From an uncultured Nitrospiraceae bacterium (lineage in GTDB: Bacteria > Nitrospirota > Nitrospiria > Nitrospirales > Nitrospiraceae): a stretch of 64,000 bases of DNA. Positions 60,740-64,000 of the stretch are shown piece by piece (within the stretch, counting starts at the first letter, position 1; every line of letters begins with the position of its first letter). The stretch lies in assembly GCA_963846575.1 (NCBI GenBank), contig CAWJWJ010000002.1, positions 2,829,916 through 2,893,915 of the forward strand, in the 5' to 3' direction. The translations under genes and the position numbers were made by a program. The notes below the pieces were generated by a model. It had not been told where the DNA came from. It saw nothing but the letters and a program-made list of their open reading frames with translations, and did no database searches.

Positions 60740-62700
60740 TTACAAGATTCGCTTGCCGGCCGATTCTTTGAGCTTGAAAAATCCCGGATACCACATAGGA
60801 GGGATGCAGTCCGGAAGCCTGTCTCTCCACTACCTCCGAGAGGTTCCATTCACACGCTCCGGTGAGGCTTTTCATGCTGCCGCCAAAGTCGGTGGCGATC
60901 TTCAGCCGTCCGAAGACCTCGGCTTCTTCAATGGTTGGTTTGTGGATCACTCGCAGCCCCAGGCGGGCCACAAGTTCCGGGAGGAATGTTGCAGCCGTCG
61001 GCTTAACTCCTCGGCGCAGACGCGCGGCCACAAACTCAAATGCATCATGTTGTAATGGTTCGATGACCGTGCGGAACTGTTCCTGCTCGCTCTCATTTTC
61101 TTCGAGCACGGGTAAGATACGATTGTCTTTGCGTTCATATCCAAGTACAGATCCGTGACCCGCTGCATGGAACAGTTCGACCAGAGAAGGGCCAGCTCGG
61201 AGTAAGTTAGAGATCGACGCCGGCACATCATTCTCAATCAGAAATCCTTTGGCCTGTACTTCCGGTGACGCATCCGGCCCAGCAAAGGTCCCCAGATAGT
61301 ACCCCTGGACGGTATTCTTGAGACCCCGATGTAACAGGAGTTTGATGAGGCAATGCTGTAGCGACGCATGCCACCCGATATCAACGAACGCCGTAGGCTC
61401 GTCGGTTAGGAAGCATTCCTGGCGAAGGTAGTCGGCGACGAGGCTGCAGTGGACCTCACTTTTCGCAGACAGTATCGGCCAGATGGCATCGAGAAACCTG
61501 CTAAGCTTCGAGGTTGTTACTCGATTCGACGCTAGAAGAGGATCGGCGAGTCCATACTTCCCCAAGTCATCGCTAACTTCCTCGTGAGTGAGCAACATGC
61601 GCCTCAGCGCTTGTGTCATCGTCAGGTGGTCCCAGCTGTGGCAAAACAGGCGACGGGCCATCTTCGAATCGGTGAGAACTAGCGTTGGATAGAGTGCTGC
61701 CCGTGAAACATAAAGGTACCGGCTCTCGATCGAGACCCCCAAGGCTTTCGCGGTGACATCAAAAAACTTTTTCATAATTAGGCCGTCACGAGAAGCGAAG
61801 TAAACCCTGGTGTACCCCTGACTCGATACCTGTTGGACTAACCAGGCAGCAAACCCCTCATATAGCCAGGAGAGATGCTCGACGGCGCTCCGAGTGATCA
61901 CCATACGTTGATTATTTCCAAGCGGCTGCTCCTCAGCGGCCCTACTGATGTCGCACAGCCGAGCCGAAACAGCCTGATCGCCGCTCGGCCGGTCACTAAG
62001 CCCATAGCGCCACCTAAGCCGTTGCTTCGGATTGGTGGAGATGAAGCTTCGGAGCCCCTTGCCCAGCGCGGCCGTTGCGTCGGACAACGGATTATCGCCA
62101 ACGTGAAGCACCCGGCCAGCGGAGCAGTTCAAATCCTTCAGAACGATGTCAAACAGCGATCCGTGCTGCTTACTCTTTCCAAATTCCGAGGACGTATAAA
62201 CGCGATGGACCCTACTGAAGCCGGCCTTAACGAGTACATCCTGAAGAAAGGCCTGGCTTAAATAGGTATCGGATGTGACGACGACCGGTTTGTCTGCACG
62301 GATCGCGACGTCATACAGCCGCTTCCCGTTCGGCAGTGCCATAAGCGCGGCTCGGTTGTAGTCGAGCTCTATGGGGGTTTGTGGTGAGCGTGATGTGACC
62401 AGGAAGGCTCAGAATCTTTGTTAATTCGACATAAATCTCTTCGATCGTGGTTTCTTCGCTGTGCCGTGCTCGCGCTCGGACCCTGGCGATGCTTTTCGCC
62501 CGTACTCGGACGAGCGCGGAATCGTTCAACCGGATCGCACAGCGGTTCTCGGCGAGTGCTTGAACCTTATAGAAGAGATCTTTTGGACAGAATAATGCAT
62601 CCCGTTGAACGAGGGGGTGGTCGGACATGTCGAACGAAACACGCTCAGGGACCGCTGCGAGGAGCATCAGGAAATCGGCGGGTGTATCTGGTTGCTGGGC
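60740..62700 (-). CDS. HAD-superfamily protein of glycan loci; frameshifted (~62370, ~60825) and 5'-truncated or degraded at the junction
   Basis: SFD-like motif I, TSDTY, K..G.LF, HVGDN..SD, FASRDG and VDIGW..SLQ. Confidence 0.75.
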
Positions 62701-62703
62701 TCT

Positions 62704-62882
62704 AAAGTACTTTTTTAGTACTTTGTACTTAAAGTACTACTTTAAGTACTTTTCTAGTACTTGTACTTGTACTTTAAGTACTTTCCAGTTGAAGTACTTG
62801 TACTTGTACTTAAAGTACTTTTTTGCTCAAGTACTTGTACTTGTACTTAAAGTACTTTTGAAAAGTACTTTAAACAACACTG
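62704..62882. repeat. AT-rich AAGTACTT/TTGTAC repeat array ending in CAGTGTTG on the minus strand; resembles the end of an animal hAT-type transposon
   Basis: More than 15 GTAC-centred units; abrupt compositional break at ~62702. Confidence 0.6.
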
Positions 62883-63658
62883 TATAATAAAATCTTCAAT
62901 CTATAGCCTAGTTTCGTTAATTATTGATGACGCGGAAGAATCAATCAATCGTGTACATTTTGTGACGTGACTTTTATCACAGATGCACGCACGCTATAGC
63001 ACACAACGCAGGTTACGCAGCCACAGCTGCCGTTCTTTAGTCCACTTCCATGCATCATACGCACCGTTACAATTCTCCACCTGGGGGTCTTCAACACACG
63101 GCGACCCTCATTCACGTGAGTAGGCTATAGTTGAACGTGTTTAGGTTTGAATGATCACTGTCCATTGATCGGCAACATTTCAACTCTTCACGCTTTTAGC
63201 ATCAGTTACTAGATAGGCCTAGCTTATTTTAAAAAAGGGCTCAGCCAAATAAGTTTTTGAAGGGGCAAAAAATTGCCCCACCCAGTGGTCAAATTACGAG
63301 GAGCCGGGAATAGCCCTGGTGACCCTGTAACAACCGGTCAGTAGTTGAGGAGTCCGGGAGGACCTTAAGGGTTTTTTGAATGTTTTTTTATCAAGGTTTA
63401 TAGACCTATATGAGGCCCGTGGCCCCAAAAACAATCTTCCGATAATCTTTTCAGGCCCTATCAATACGTTTTTATAAATTGACCTGAAAGGGCCCCCCTC
63501 AAGTAAGGCAATTTTTCCGAGGGGGTGGTAGCCGAAATTAAAAAAAATTATAATTACGTTTCAAAATAAATGCCTGGGAAAATTGGGGAATTGCAAACAG
63601 TGGCGCCGGAACGTTTTTCTGAGTGGGGGGGCCCTCGCCCTAGCGAGACGCGGCGGGG

Positions 63659-64000
63659 TCAGCGGATCTCGATGTCGACGCGCCGGTCCTTGACCCAGCT
63701 GCTCTCGTCGGTGCCCACCGCATCGAGCTTGCCGCGCGAGGACGTCGTCACCTGCTCGGCAGGAACGCCGAGGCTCATGAGGAAGTCCTTCGCGCTCGCA
63801 GACCGCTGCGCGCCGAGGCCCATGTTGTACTCGTTCTCGCCGCGCGGATCGCAGTGGCCGGTCAGCAGCACCTTGCGGCCCTTGAGCGACCCCGTGAGGA
63901 TGCAGGCGGCGAGGCGCTGGAGGGTCGCCTTGGTGGGCCCGGAGAGCTCGAGTGAGTCGAACTCGAAGCTCGGCGACCCGAAGTCGCGGCAGCCCGGTCC
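63659..64000 (-). CDS. OmpA/Pal C-terminal domain fragment (start lies outside the window)
   Basis: FEFDS..., GHCDPRGENEYNMGLGAQRS, SRGKLDA and DRRVDI; the frame is open to 64000. Confidence 0.85.
   Translation of the reverse strand, partial: GPGCRDFGSPSFEFDSLELSGPTKATLQRLAACILTGSLKGRKVLLTGHCDPRGENEYNMGLGAQRSASAKDFLMSLGVPAEQVTTSSRGKLDAVGTDESSWVKDRRVDIEIR

Noticed and set aside
62704..62887. CRISPR array, or the 86-aa ORF at 62627-62887
   Set aside because: Short degenerate tandem units with no unique spacers; the ORF is just a translation of the repeat.

Overview
Most of the window (1-~62,700) is GC-rich bacterial DNA whose gene families suggest a Nitrospira-like host (inference; no marker gene is present). 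It has five parts. (1) 1-10.1 kb: an apparent envelope proteolytic signalling locus with lnt, two tandem secreted paralogues, a Pro-rich secreted protein, a lipoprotein carrying a long G/Q/Y/P/M prion-like tract plus DUF4384, an ECF sigma, a ZAS anti-sigma, and an exported metacaspase-like C14 protease with DUF4384. I found two features linking these genes. The same ECF-type promoter, TGAACCTT-N13-CGACmmACGG, precedes the lipoprotein and caspase genes. A [TS]-R-[SG]-[VLI] motif recurs in the caspase, anti-sigma and lipoprotein, where it falls at domain junctions, and may be the cleavage site. This is the best candidate for an undescribed system. (2) 10.3-27 kb: a giant multicopper oxidase with a sigma-54 promoter and two identical 20-bp palindromic enhancer candidates, its putative NtrC-type regulator and kinase, and mdtABC. 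(3) 27-44.6 kb: a CynR-like LysR with two MOSC genes, two-component genes and small genes. (4) 44.8-62.7 kb: two integrase remnants, a tRNA-Lys 3' fragment (att site), and a Wzm/Wzt surface-glycan island containing four copies of a CBM-like module. (5) ~62.7-64 kb: an abrupt switch to eukaryote-like AAGTACTT repeats, low-quality AT-rich sequence and a very GC-rich OmpA/Pal fragment, most likely a chimeric assembly end. Several single-base frameshifts suggest uncorrected indel errors.
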